From the NCBI GenBank assembly GCA_013265495.1, contig MU058289.1, positions 682,001-746,000 of the forward strand: a stretch of DNA of 64,000 bases, given 5' to 3'. This document shows positions 1 through 13,500 of this stretch, one piece after another. The stretch comes from Vicugna vicugna (Eukaryota). A program made the position numbers and the translations under genes. Each line of letters starts with the position of its first letter. Position 1 is the stretch's first letter. A model generated the notes under the pieces. That model made no database searches and had not been told where the DNA came from. It worked only from the letters and a program-made list of their open reading frames with translations.

Positions 1-1810
1 CAAAAATCAGTTGCATTTCTTTACACTAACAATGAATCAACAGAAAAAGAAAATAAAGAAACAATCCTCTTTAAAATGACTCCCAAAGTAATAAAATACC
101 GAGGAATAAATTAAACCAAGGAGGTGAAAGGCTTATACATGGAAAACTATAAAACACTGATTAAGGAAATTAAAGACTTAAAAAAATGGAAAGATATCCT
201 ATGCTTCTGGATTGGAAGAATTAGTATTGTTAAAATGATCTTACTGCCCAAGGCAATCTACAGATTTAATGCAATCCATATCAAATTACCCAGGACGTAT
301 TTCACAGAACTAGAACAAATCATAATAAAATTTATATGGAACCACAAAAGACATAGAATTGCCAGAGCATTACTGAAGAAAAAGAAAGAGGCTGGAGGAA
401 TAACTCTCCCAGACTTCAGACAGTACTATAGAGCTACAGTAATGAAAACAGCATGGTATTGGCACAGAAACAGACATATGGACAGGTGGAACAGAATGGA
501 GAGCCCAGGAATGAACCCACAAACTTTTGGTCAACTAGTCTTCAACAAAAGAGGCAAGAATATACAATGGAATAAAGACAGTCTCTTCAGCAAATGGCGT
601 TAGAACACTCCTTTACACCACACACAAAAATAAACTATAAATGGATCAAAGACTTAAACATAAGACAAGATACAATAAGCCTCCTAGAAGAAAACGTAGG
701 CAAAACATTATCTCACATTCATCTCAAAAATGTTCTCCTAGGGCAGTCTACCCAAGCAATAGAAGTAAAAGCAAAAATAAACAAGTGGGACCTAATTAAA
801 CTTACAAGCTTCTGCACAGCAAAGGAAACCATAAACAAAACAACAACCTATGGAATGGGAGAAAATTTTTTGCCAAAGATGAAACCAACAAAGGCTTGAT
901 CTCCAAAATATATAAGCAGCTCATACGACTTAATAAGAAAAAAACAAACAACCCAATCTGAAAATGGGCAGGAGACAGGAGACCTAAACAAGCAATTCTC
1001 CAAGGAAGAAATACAAATGATCAATAGGCACATGAAAAAATGCTCAGTACCACTAATTATCAGAAAAATGCAAATCAAAACTACAATGAGGTATCACCTC
1101 ACACCAGTCAGAATGGCCATCATTCAAAAGTCCACAAATGACAAATGCTGGAGAGGCTGTGGAGAAAAGGGAACCTTCCTACACTGTTGGTGGGAACGCA
1201 GTTTGGTGCAGCCACTGTGGAAAACAGTATGGAGAGTCCTCAAAAGACTAGGAATAGACTTACCNNNNNNNNNNNNNNNNNNNNNNNNNNNNNNNNNNNN
1301 NNNNNNNNNNNNNNNNNNNNNNNNNNNNNNNNNNNNNNNNNNNNNNNNNNNNNNNNNNNNNNNNNNNNNNNNNNNNNNNNNNNNNNNNNNNNNNNNNNNN
1401 NNNNNNNNNNNNNNNNNNNNNNNNNNNNNNNNNNNNNNNNNNNNNNNNNNNNNNNNNNNNNNNNNNNNNNNNNNNNNNNNNNNNNNNNNNNNNNNNNNNN
1501 NNNNNNNNNNNNNNNNNNNNNNNNNNNNNNNNNNNNNNNNNNNNNNNNNNNNNNNNNNNNGTGGGGTGGGAAGGGACAGACCGGGAGTTCAAAATTTGTA
1601 GATACTGACAGGCATATGTAGAGTAGATAAACAAGATTATACTGTATAGCACAGGGAAATATATACAAGATCTTGTGGTAGCTCACAGTGAAAAAGAATG
1701 TGACAATGAATATATGTATGTTCATGTATAACTGAAAAATTATGCTTTACACTGGAAATTGACACAACATAGTAAACTGACTATAACAATAAAAAATGTT
1801 TTAAAAAAAT
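1..1810 (+). mobile_element. LINE-1 3' portion (ORF2 C-terminal region + 3' UTR/poly-A), frameshifted, spans assembly gap
   Basis: ORFs 124-603, 594-899 and 1017-1264 give L1 ORF2 motifs ([47 protein letters not shown]). A-rich tail at about 1790-1810. Confidence 0.95.
1265..1560. other. Assembly gap (296 N)
   Basis: Run of n directly visible. Confidence 1.
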
Positions 1811-2021
1811 GTTCTTATAAGGCAGAGGGAGATTTTAGACAGACAGATAGGAGAGGAGAAGGCAATGTGATCACGGAGGCAGAGATCGGAGTGATGTGGC
1901 CACAAACCAAGGGATGCCAGGAGCTGCCAGGAGCTGAAAGAAGCAGGAAGTAGGTTTTTCTCCACCCAGTCATACTTGTTTTGGACTTTTGGCCTCCAGA
2001 ACTGTGAGAGAATAAATTTCT

Positions 2022-2158
2022 TCCCTCCTTCTTCCCTTCCTTCCTTCCTTTCTCTTTCTTTCTTCTTCCTTCCTTCCTTCCTTCCTTCCTTCCTTCCCTT
2101 CCTTCCTTCCTTCCTTCCAAAACTTCCTTCCTTCCTTCCTTCCTTCCTTCCTTCCTTC

Positions 2159-2231
<73 letters not shown>

Positions 2232-2276
2232 TTTCTTTCTTTCTTTCTTCCTCTCTTTCTTTCTTTCTTTCTTTCA
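2022..2276. repeat. (TTCC)n/(TTTC)n compound microsatellite grown from a SINE poly-A tail
   Basis: Tetranucleotide runs adjoin the 3' end of the minus-strand SINE and lie inside its target-site duplication. Confidence 0.95.
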
Positions 2277-2375
2277 TACTTTATTTATGTTTCAAAATGG
2301 AGGTACCAGGGATTAAACCCAGAACCTCGCTCATGCTAAGCACATGCTCTAGCACTGAGCTATAACCCCACCCCA
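2277..2375 (-). mobile_element. tRNA-derived SINE (Vic-1-like, camelid)
   Basis: Reverse complement has A box (tatagctcagtg) and B box-like (ctgggtttaatccc). TSD agagaataaatttct 2007-2021 vs agaaaataaatttct 2376-2390. Confidence 0.85.
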
Positions 2376-2482
2376 AGAAAATAAATTTCTATTGAGTTAA
2401 GCCACCCAGTTTGTTACAGTTTGTTATAGCAGACATAGTAAACCAGCACACCCGCCAGCATTGCTGCCTGTTCTGTGATACT

Positions 2483-2715
2483 GTGTATCAGGCACTGTGC
2501 TAAGAGTTTTGCAAAGGTGAACTCACTTAATCTTTAAAACATTCTGTGAGATTGGCACACTCACCCCCACTTTACAGATGAGAAAACTGAGGTGTAAAGG
2601 GGTTAAGTAATTTGCCTGAAGTCACACGACTGGTAAATGTAAGAGCTGAACTCTGAACTCAGGACCCAGGCAGTCTGGCTCTGGAGTCCACGGTGTTCAC
2701 CACTGCACTGTGCTC
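2483..2715 (-). mobile_element. MIR SINE
   Basis: Core ttttacagatgagaaaactgagg...ggttaagtaatttgcctgaagtcacac. Confidence 0.85.
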
Positions 2716-4454
2716 CCCACTGTACTGGGAGGGTCCAGGTTAGAACCAGTTTCCCTAGCAGCCCCCAGGAGTCCTGTAGATCCTACACAGGAGGACACAG
2801 GGCACAGGCAAGGGTGTAAGGTCATGTCATCTGCATCCCACAGGGAGTATCTGCATGGTCGCCCAGCTTCCTGCCGGCAGCCCTCACTCTGCCTGAAATC
2901 ACGAAGGAATGACCTTCAATCCCAGTTTCCTAGGATCCACAGACAGCTCTCAGCCTTTCACACATCCTAGTTCCTGCTCTAACCCCAGATCCCAGATGTT
3001 GTGATCTTTCATCGATCCCTCCCTCCCTGTCTGTCAACACTTTGGATACATAGGGTATAGAGGGGAAACACCATTTACTGTTGCTCGCTACTAAATTTAC
3101 CGTTATTTAGCATGTTTGAGCATGACTGTTTATAAGGTCCTGCCTTTGATTGTGAAATAAGAACTTAGGGGAAGACTGTTCCTTTATTCTTGGAATCTTG
3201 AAGAGGTTGTCTGACCTTTTCCTTCCTCCCGACCCCTTTTCACCATCTGCTGTCTGTGCAGAGCTGACCTTTAGAGCAAGAACAGGACTGAATAAAACCC
3301 CACCCACTGTCCCCTTGGTCACACACAGCTTCCAGTCTGGATCACCGAGTAGTTTACATGGGCTCATCCACCCTTAGAAAAGAGCAGAAGGCTGTTACTT
3401 GTACTGCCTTTCAATTCAGCCCTGAGCAAAGAAGGAGGGGCAGGGGAGTCTTTGGAAGTAGAAGTGGGGCAGATTCCCTCAGTAAAGCTGGAGGTGCTTG
3501 CAGTCGGGGGCTGGCTGATCCTGCAAAAGTTGAGCCGACTCAGGGCAAAACGGAACGCTCTGCGTGCCTTTTTTCAGCCCAGCCTTCCCTCTGCTTTCCT
3601 CCCTTTACCAGCTCATCATCTTCTTCTAGTTGTGGCATCACTGGAATTTACCAGGGTAACTCTGGTTTGCAGAATCTTGGGAAATTTAAGTCAGACCGCT
3701 GATTCTCAAGAGGTGTGGGGAGCATACCAGGAACCCCTGGGGGCGGGGGTAATGAGCGAGGAAAGCCCTGGTTTTCTTAATGCAGTCTATAGAAAGTATA
3801 GTTTGTGTTTACGGAAAGCAGGGGAAAAGACGGTTAAAAATAGATTGAGAAACAGTGATGTAGTTGATGTAATACTTGACTGCTGGCTCCCAGGAAAGTT
3901 TATATGAACCAAGATCCTCTGCATGTTGAGTCACCCTTCTCTAGCTCCTTCCATCACCAGAAGAATTCAGGTTCGCTAGTGAGCAGTGAAAACTTATCGG
4001 AGAAGGTAGGATAGTACCACGCAAATGGAGTCTTGGGTTGGCAGGTGTCTGCGGAGTCCTTTTTTTTTTTGCCTTGGGCCCTTGCTATGTAGTGATACAA
4101 AGCCACCATGAATTAGCATCTGTCTCAAGAAGTCTTGGCCACATATAGAGCTCAGAAGCCTGAAATCTTAGTTGAGGATTACCAAGTGTGCCTGGAAACC
4201 CAAATAACAGAGACTTGGGCACACAGATTTCTTTTCCTCATGTCACATGAAGGAAATAGGGAGTCCAATGCTAGCGCAGTGGCTCAGGAACAGCCCTTGA
4301 GAACCCCTGCTCCTTCTAGCTTTTCTGCTCCCCCATCCCTAGATTTTGGCCTTTTGCTTCACAATCTTAAGAAGCAGCTACATTCTGAGCCAAAAAACAG
4401 GGTAGATGGGACAGAGAGCAAAGAACCCATGAGAGCCAGGTCTATAAGAAAACC

Positions 4455-4625
4455 TTTTTCTAATAGACTATTTTGTAGGGTAGTTTTAGGTTCACAGCAA
4501 AACTGAGCAGAAAGTGCAGAGATTTCCCACATATTCCACACGTGCATCGCCTGCCCCGCTGTCGGCATCCCCCACCAAGTGGTACATTTATTACAGCTGA
4601 TGAACCTGCACCTCATTATCACCTT
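4455..4625 (-). mobile_element. Old L1 3' UTR fragment
   Basis: gtagttttaggttcacagcaaaactgagcagaaagtgcagagatttccca... typical of L1M 3' ends. Confidence 0.65.
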
Positions 4626-7600
4626 AATCGATCCCTTTTTTAATCAAGAAAATTACAGCTTTTCCAAAAGCCCTACCTAGCCAATTTCTGCTTATTTCTC
4701 ATTGGCCAGCACTGTATCTCATGACAACTCCTGGGTGCAAGGGTGTCTCGGAAACTTAACTGAGCACTTTCCCAATCCAACAAAATAAGGTTAGGAAGAA
4801 GGGGAGAGTACCAAAATTGTACAAATCTTAAATAGCAAGTATAGGGAGGAAAAATACCTCTGAGGCTATAATATCTATGGTGGCCATTAAAAGGTGTGGA
4901 ATTTTAGAGAAGGTTTTTAGAAATTGTTTTGATTAAGGTGTAACATAGATATCATAAAATGTACTAATCTTAGGGGTACAGCTGATGGCTGTTAACATAT
5001 GTATCTATTTGTATAGCCACTTGACTAGGTGAAGACAGAGACCATTTTCATCACGTTTAGAAGGCCCCTGGTGCCCCCTCAGTTAACGACCCTCCCACCC
5101 TCGAGATAACCACCATTCCAACTTCTACCTCTTAGAGAAGGGCGTTAACTATTACGGATGTTGGAAGGAAAACAGATAGAGAGGAACAAAAGAGATGAAG
5201 GGTGAGGGCAAATGAATGATTGCTTTGGTGATATTGCTGCTCTCCTTTGCCTCTTAAATGAGTCTAATTCCATTTTGAAAACCTTCCTTTTAAAAAGTTA
5301 TCAAAAACTGAAGATAGAAATTTTAGTTTGCTGTAAAGTTGACATATGATGAAATTTCAATCAGTTAGGACTGGATTCCACGGCATACAATATAACAACC
5401 CCTAGGTAATTAATAGTGATATAAATGAGAGATTTATATTTCTCTGTCACATAAAAGCAGCCTGGAGATATGTAGCCTTGGACTGTCTTTGGCAGCTCCA
5501 GGCAGACTTTGGCTCTCTCTAGCTCTTTGCTCTACCAGTCCTGTGTGGCCCTTGTCCTCATGGTCCAAGATGGCAGCTGGAGCTCTAGCCATCACATCTA
5601 AATTCCTGGAAACTGACTAAAGAAAGGGAAAAAGAAGTTCACCCCTTCTTAACTGAACAGACTTCTTAGAAGTTCCCCCACAACACTTCTGCTCATTGAT
5701 AAGAACTTAGGCAGATGGCCACACCTGTGACAAAGAAGGCTAGGAAATGGTCTTTTATTTGGGTGCAGTGTATTGTTAAAAATCAGACTTTTTACTAAGT
5801 GAAAAACTGGTAGTCTCTTCCACACTGCACTTCTGCAACTTTTGCCAGTGAGCCTTCTCTTCCCCTAATTCTGCTGCCTTCGCATTGCATCCTCAAAGGC
5901 CTGGTGATGAGTGCCCAAGGAAGAGCACGTCTCAGCTTACACCATCAGATGTGGCCTTCTCAGGGAAAACCTCAGCAGATGGGAGAGAATATCCTACACA
6001 GAATGTTGCAACCAGCCACACTACTGTTTGGTTCTGTGGCCCCTGGAGTCCCTCCTGGGGTTGGATGAATGTAATTCAAACCATGTTCAGATAGCAGTGG
6101 TCAGTTTTGTTGTAGGAACACAAGATTAGACGTGAGCTTTCTGTTAGCACTGCAGCCAGCTGTCACCGGGCAAAATTTAGATTACTTTTATTTGTATTTT
6201 CTCTGACACAAGTGCCATTTGTTGCTTGGTAGAATAACTCACCTGCAGCACTGTGGGATTGGAGCCCGGAGCCCGGCCGCTGAAGGAGCAGCTGCCCCAC
6301 ACAGTGGGTGGAGGGAGAACCACGCAGCTGTATCCTCAGTGCCAGTCCAGCCAGGAGCCTTGGGCCACAGAGGACACTGCTTCAGAAGCAGAGGCAAGAT
6401 GAGGTAAAGTCGAAGCTTTACTTCGTGCTCAGGCATCTGAAGTGGGCCGTAAGGGGTGGAAGTGGCTGGTCTGGCAGCATTCGGCAGAGGACATGCATGA
6501 GGTGGCCAGACTGGTCATACGTAGACACAGAGACTTGTGGAATCAAGTGAGGCTCTCTGAGAACATTCTGCTTGAGCCGTAGCCGAAGGCTGGGGTCAGC
6601 CCTGCTTGAACCACAGAAAGTGAGAGTGGGAAAGGCAAGTTCCCAAAGCACCGCAGGAGGGAGTTCCGCGTCGGGACCTGCGGTTCCCAGTCCACACTGT
6701 GACCGTCCCCCTCTGGCAATGACTTTGTAACTGCTCACCTTGTGTCTGCTCATCTCTACGTTTACCTCACCTCCCAAACCCTGGTCCTTTCGATCTTTCC
6801 AGGAGCCACTGACTTGTGTCTCTTGCCCTTGGTTGCCACGTATCAGTGTGTCTCCACATATCTTTTGAGAAATGCTAAGCTAGAGGATCAGATAAGTGGA
6901 AAGACGTCCTGGCTTGGCCGGGGATGACCACTCCACCGGGGGCCCCTGTCGAGGCTGGCACCAGGGTTCGCATCTGCTGGGATTCAGTCAGACCCCATCT
7001 ACTTTTCTTCACTGCTGCCACCCATGGGTTGTTGCCCAGAGCAGCACCATCCACTTAGTTCTGCAAAAGTCCCTGTGCTTATCTGATGCGCACTCCACAC
7101 GCCACTTCCCCGGACACAAACAGCGGTCAGCGTACCTGGCGAGCTGGAGCGCTCGCCACGCGTTCCCAGGGAAAGTCCCCAGGCTTCTGGGGGAGAGCAT
7201 GGGCTTGCAAGCACCTCGATGGCTGTTCTGTCCTTGGGGCACAGAGCTTTCCCATCCACGAGTCACTTGTCAGAGAGGAGGAGAGCTGGGTGAGCTCTTC
7301 TGAGACAGCTAGCACCCTGCTGGTCCTCAAATCTCTGCCCTTACAAATCTAATTCATCTCTCCGAATCTGAGCTCTGACTGTTCTCCCAGACGTCTCTTT
7401 ACATCCATAATTCACATGACACAGATTTTCTTCTTCAGAGGATTCTTTCAGGTCATTTCTGTTTACTCTCCAGCTGGGTCGTACCCTTCCTTCTGTTCTT
7501 TCTTCACCTCCCTTCCTGTCCAGCCCCACCCAGGGCTCAGTCAAGTTCACCAAGTTCCTGTTCCCTTTCCAGCATGATCCCGTCAAAACCGGTTCATCTC

Positions 7601-7889
7601 TCCAGCTTTGCATCACGAAGCATTCTTTGGCCAGCAGAGTTTGTTTCCTAGAAATTGGGATGTGGGCCCTCAAGTCCAGGGGCTTCAGCCAGCCCAGGAA
7701 AATGTTCTGAGTCCAGGTGGCTCCACGAAGCCCATGGCTGTCTGGGGAATCAGCACCTGCTCCCACACTTCCTCCCTTCTCCCCAGTGTCCTCTCTCTGA
7801 GCTTCGTAGGCTCAAGACCTCAGATGCTCCTGAAAATCTCTTGGATCAGACAGCCAAGGGCAAGGTGACAGCCAGATTATGTGTCTCAC

Positions 7890-8450
7890 CCCTCGGTGAA
7901 CGACTGGTGCTGGGGCATCAGACAAGACGGATGTGGGTCTTGGCTTCATGGGATTTACGTTCTAGTTGGGGGCAGGGGGAGAATAGAACATTATCCATAA
8001 TGAACATGATTTTTGTGGCACATTCAATAAGAAGGAAATAAAATAGGATAACATTATGGTGACCTGGGGTGGGGAGGGGTGCTCTCGCTGAGCGTGAAGG
8101 GATGGCCCTTGAGCAGAGGCCTGAGGGAGCCCTCCATGTGAAGAGACAGAGGAGGAGTGCTCTGGGCAGGCAAGACAGTTTGTGCAAAGACTTTACGGCC
8201 ACATGAAGCTCGAAGCTCAATGAGATAGAGGAACCGAAAGGAGGCCAGTGTGGTGGGCGGGACACGCATGAGGGAGAGCGATGGGGGCTGAGGTCAGAGA
8301 CTCCACCTCGGGGAGGGAAAGCCTGTCAGATAGGACTCCAGTGCAAGGTGAGGTTCAGGTTTTATTCTCAAAGTAGTAGGAAATGATTGAAGGGTTTTCA
8401 GGCGAGAAATGAAATGATCTGACGCGTGGGTTTGGGAGACCCCTCTCTCT
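7890..8450. mobile_element. L2 LINE fragment
   Basis: gaggccagtgtgg...tttattctcaaagtagtaggaaatgattggaagggttttcagg, L2-like text. Confidence 0.55.
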
Positions 8451-9569
8451 GGGTACCTGCTGCGGTACAAGAGTGTCTTGCTCCGCTGTCTGTCAGGCCT
8501 TTGTTCTTCCCCAGGCACTGGGGGCCTAACAATGCAAGTGCCCCGCCAGGACCTAGCATCTGTCATTCACCCCTCCTCACTCTCTCTGGGCTCCACAGTC
8601 CTCCCGCACAGGCCCACTTTCTAGACTTAGTCTCTTGACTAGTCTCATGTCTCTTGACTAATTTTACTTGCATCATTTTACTTTATTATTTCCTCCGGAG
8701 CTCACGGCATTCTGAGTTTTAGTGAATGACAGAGACTCTGTGGCGTGGGGGTGTGGGGAAGGAGGACAGCGGCTCTTCTCCTTGGGTCTTTCCTTGCCGC
8801 CCTGGCTGACTAGGAATGTTACTGAGGAACCTCATTCTGGTCAAGCCACAAGTGGTTCCCAGGATCCTTAGACCCCTGGTGTTACCTCCTTTCTGCCCGT
8901 GACCGCCTGGGGACAGTCTGTGATGCTCCTCTCCTGGTGTTAAGCTCGGATCAGCAGGGAAGGGAGGGAGGTTCTGGGTGGGGAGATGCAACCCGGGTAA
9001 AGCTGAGCTCTTCCTGCTTTCCGCCCAGGGCTCAGCCCCTTCCCTCTTTTACTGCCCTGCAGTCTGATAGGGAATGAGGAAGGCCACACTTCATGACTCA
9101 CCCACCCCTGTCCAGTGCTTTCCTGGGGCCACCGGGGACTGTACTCTGCCTTGCAGAGTATTAAGAAACTTTTAAATAGGCCAGCGTTTGTTTCCCAGGC
9201 CTGGCCCACCCACCTTTTTAGTCTCTGAAGAGCAGAGGGTGGTGGGGTGGAGTAGGGATGGGATGGGGTGGGGTGGAGTAAGCACTTTGAAAAAGCATAT
9301 TTAATGTAATTGTATATTTGAAGAAAACAAAACAAAAAGCGATTTTTATGATACGGGCCCATGCAAGTCAGCTTTTGGTTTATTTTTACTAAAGGTTGAG
9401 AGGTCCTGAGAAGGCAAGTTGGCGTCTCAACCCCAAGTCAAAGGAGGGAGCTGTCTCCAGGATTTATGTAGGTTAAGCTCCAAGCTCCTCTCCAGGACTC
9501 CTTCCCAGCTCAGCACCCCTTCCATTGCCGTCACCACCCATAACCCACGTAGGGGTGTGTGCAGGAGTT

Positions 9570-9990
9570 CAACACTCAGGCTTCAGAGTCATCTGAGCTG
9601 TATTCAGACCTCAGGTCCCATCCCGTAGCTAGCTGTGTGCTCTGTGGCAGGTTACCTAATCCACAGCTAGCCCACTAAACCCCTAATTTCAGGAGTTAAG
9701 AGCGTGGACTCTGGAGCCAGCCATGTGGGTTGGAGTCCTGCTTCTGCTTCTCGTTAGCTGGGTAACCTCGGGCAGGTGACTCATCTCCAGGCCTGCCTCA
9801 GTTTCCTCATTTGTAGAATGGAGGTAGTAATATACCTACCTCGTAGGGTCGCTGTGAGGATTGAAGTGCACATGCCTACGTATGCGTGCACGTGTCTGTG
9901 GGTGTGGACATGTGTACATATACGTATAAATGTATGTAAGTGTGTGTCTGGCACATGGCAAGTGCATACAAGTACCGACTGTTACCATTA
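9570..9990 (+). mobile_element. MIR fragments
   Basis: gcctcagtttcctcatttgtagaatggaggtagtaata core. Confidence 0.75.
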
Positions 9991-10401
9991 TTATTTTATT
10001 TTTGTTTAGGAGAAGGCTAAATTATATGTGAGAAAAATAAGTCCATTTTAAAAAAAAGCCATAAGTCAGTCATACTGCAGATGGTACATGGATGCAGTGA
10101 AAGTTGTGATACTGCTGCTTGAGAAGTGAAATGAAACACAAGGCTGGACCACACACTTCTGTCCTCTACTTCATATCTCACTGCTTCCCACTAAAATTTT
10201 GCTCTTACCCTGCTGCTTCTTTTCTTTATTGGGTTTTCTGTCACATACCTCGTGGAAAACCAGCGCCTGAGATCTCTGTTGAGTTCTTCTAACCCTCTCA
10301 CCCTTTCTACTTCTCCACCTGAAGGATTATTCTCATCAGGATCCTGGAGTCCCATAACCACTGTCCCCTTCAGGAGGGGAGCTACCTGTTATATCCTAGA
10401 T

Positions 10402-10593
10402 CAGTGCTTCTCAGAAAGCAGCCCCAGGGCCAGCAGCATCAGCATCACCTGGGAACCTGCTGGAAATGCACATTGCTGACCCCTTACCCTAGACCTGCGG
10501 GATCACAGCCTGGGGGGGTGGCGAGACCCGCAGTTCGTGTTTTAACCAGCCCTTTGGGAGACTCTGGTGCACATGATGGTTTGAGAGCCACTG
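10402..10593. mobile_element. MER5A (hAT-Charlie MITE) inserted within a putative exon of the plus-strand pseudogene
   Basis: TIRs cagtgcttctca...tgagagccactg; internal cagcagcatcagcatcacctgggaac..gaaatgca. Confidence 0.85.
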
Positions 10594-13500
10594 TCACGGA
10601 GGAAGAGCAAGTCCAGCGGCTGTTTGGGGTTGTTCAAGTTCACAGTCCTGTCCCGGACACTGGGTGCTCAGGTGAAACTGTAAAGCTCAGTTGTGAAGAT
10701 GGGGACCAGAGACAGAAGGGGAGGTCAGAGTGGGGCCAGCTGACTGCTCTGAATGCCTTTTGGGCTGATTCCTTCCTGGACCTTCCAAAGGCGGAGCTCA
10801 GGAATGTCCCTAGGCAGCTGGGAAGACAGCCTGGATTCCCACATGGGCTCTTTCTTGATCAGCTGTGGAGTCTTGGGGAGTGACTTAACCTCTGGGCTTC
10901 CTTGTGAGTGGCAGCCCGCTGTGAATGGAGCAGGATTGCTTGGGGGAATAAATGAGGTCCCACACGTGAAAACACTTTGCAGAACTGCGGCTACTCCTCT
11001 ACTGTAAACTGTAACCAGAACTAAACTCCTTACTAGAGGGATCCTCAACTTTTTTCCAGTGGCTGCACATGGGACAGATTGTGCTCATGTCTTGGACAAA
11101 CTCCCCAAGGATGCCAGCTGCGACTTCTCCCATTCCTCTCCTGCTCAACAGACAGAATCTACAGCCTCTGAGTCAGAAGTTCCAAGGGGCTGAAGAGATG
11201 TCTCTCTGCCTGTGGGCATGAGTTTATCAGTTCCCTCTCCCCTACACCAGCCCCGTTTCACGCTGTCCAGCCTCTCCGTTTGTGTCTCTCTTTCCCCTCC
11301 TTGGCCCTGTCTGTCTCTTGGAAGTGAACCCCTTGCTTTGTCCCCAGCAGCGTGGCCTTCCCCTGGTTCCTTCTGTTCCCTGCCACCAATGGTCCCTTCC
11401 CGGAACAAAAGCAGCCACCTGAGAATTTGCTTTATTTTGATTTTTTTTATTGGGCAAGGGGGCGGGAGCCCCCAAAAGGAAGTCTTCGGGCTCCTTAACA
11501 AAGTGGCGGAGTTGGAGCTGCCTTGCCTCATCTGGCTCTGCTCCAGGGTCAGGCCGCGTCATCAGCAGAAAGTCAGTGTTGATGACTTCTCTGTCTTTCC
11601 CCAGAAAGCCCTTCCTTGGCAACCGCCTCTGAAGGAGTCCTCCTCTCCTCCTTATTACAGTGCTCCACTTGGTTTTCTTCGTCATATTTTATCAAAATGT
11701 GAAATTATTTTTTTCATTTATCTTTTTGTTTGTCCACAGTTCTTGGTGACTGGGAGGTCCTACTCAGGTCGCAGACTTGGTTTTGTATTGCTCCGGGAAC
11801 AGCTTCTTACTGTGCCTGATAACTAGAAATGCACACATAGGCATACTTTTGGGTCAAACAAATAATTTTTTTGTTTTGTTTTGTTTAATTTGCTGCCTCT
11901 CACCTCCCCTTGGCCCAGAAACAAGGAGGAGGAAACCACACTTATATTATCAAAACAACGTTGTTAACTATCTGGAGTCTTTTGTTAGTTCGGTCACATA
12001 GTAATCATCTAAAGTGCATCTCATTCCTGGAGAGTCCAAATGCTAGACCTGAGGTGGGGTGTACCAACGCCAGCATGCCTCCAGAATGTCAGCCTCCTAA
12101 GAGCTGGTAGCTTCTCTGTCTTGTTCACCATAGTATTCCCCGCACCTTGAGCGAGTCCTGATGTGGAGCTGGTATTCTGTAAATATAGTTGAGTGAAGGA
12201 ATGAAAGACAGACAGATAAGGATGCAGATAGGTGTCTCTATCTCTGAAGAAGGGAGTGGGTCTTTGTATTCCTGAAGCCCTGCAATGCGAGCCTTTTGGG
12301 AGAGCTAGCATCCTGGTTTAGAGCATATGAAACATTTAGAACAATGCCAAGCCCACTGTGCGTACTCTGTAACGTATCCTGTTCCCCCAGGACCCTGGGA
12401 GAAGCACCAGCAGCCCCAGTTCCCCTCCAGGGGTCCTAGCATTTGGCCCTTCAGTGTTCCTTGCATCACACCCAGCTGCTGTTGGATGAAATTCTGTACT
12501 GCTGTCTCCGAGTCCCACACACTGGCTCCTGACTTTTAAGAAAGCTGATGGAGCAGAAGGAGCGCTGGACCTGGAGGGTCAACATAGATTCTGGTCCAGG
12601 CGTGATCCCTGTCTGGCTGTGTATCTTTGAGGAAGGCATTTAGACTCTTGGGACCTTGGAGTCCTTGCTTACGAAGAAGGCATAAAAAACCAACCTCAGG
12701 GATTGTCTTATGACTCAGGTGTGATAATATGTGCGGAAACACTTTTAAAACTGCAGAACACAGTTCTTCTCATTCAAGTTATTGTTGTTAACCAGGCATC
12801 TGATTTATTAGAGTCGCGAAGACAGTCACCAGCATGCCCAGAGCCATATGCCATTCCTAGTCATGTGCTGTGCCTCTAACCCTTGCATGTCAGATGCAAA
12901 TGAGTTGGTGAATTGTAATTGTAAATCAGCTCTAATTTACTTTTAAAATATCATAAGAGATATAAATCAGTAATACTCATTCTCTATTATTAGTGACAAA
13001 TTATTTACCAACTGTTTGTATTAATATCTTGATTCTGGGTGCCAGAAACTTGTCCCATCAAACAAAATGGGAATTTTTGGCTATGTAATTGAAAAGTCTG
13101 GGGCAAAGCAGCTTCAGGAATGGCCAGATCCAGGTGCTTAAATGAAGCTGTTGGTCATCTGTCTCCATCTCTTGGCTGTTTTCTTACACCAGGTCCATTC
13201 TGAGGCCAGCCCTCTCTAAGTAGTGGCAAAGATGGCTCCCCAAGAAGAGTCTAGAGATGGTTGACTCTTGGTGGACTGGCTTGGGCATGAGCCTGAGTTT
13301 AGGTTATATGCCCTCCCCTGCAGCTGAGTTGGGGCCAGTCTTTTGTCCCCAACCCCCCACCCAGTGCCACATGGACTGAGAGTATAGAAGGAGAGGTAGA
13401 CTAAAGGAACAGTGGGATGTTACCAGAAAAGGAGGAAAGGATGCTAGACAGGCACAGCCCCAGATGTCCGCTCACGGTAGGTCTCCACCCAGGAAATGGG

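Larger units (their letters stand above)
1811..2450 (+). mobile_element. MaLR (MLT1-type) LTR fragment interrupted by a SINE
   Basis: MLT1-like text (ggcagagatcggagtgatgtggccacaa...ggcctccagaactgtgagagaataaatttc) resumes at about 2376 (...aagccacccagtttg...). Confidence 0.75.

Noticed and set aside
1017..1725. Long ORFs with X runs
   Set aside because: Artefacts of reading through the N gap within an L1.
1801..2365. Lys/Glu/Arg-rich and Phe/Leu/Ser-rich ORFs
   Set aside because: Translations of the microsatellite.
6418..7766. Minus-strand ORFs with a few donor-like sites suggesting a minus-strand gene
   Set aside because: Frames do not join; better explained as the reverse complement of the plus-strand exon remnants.
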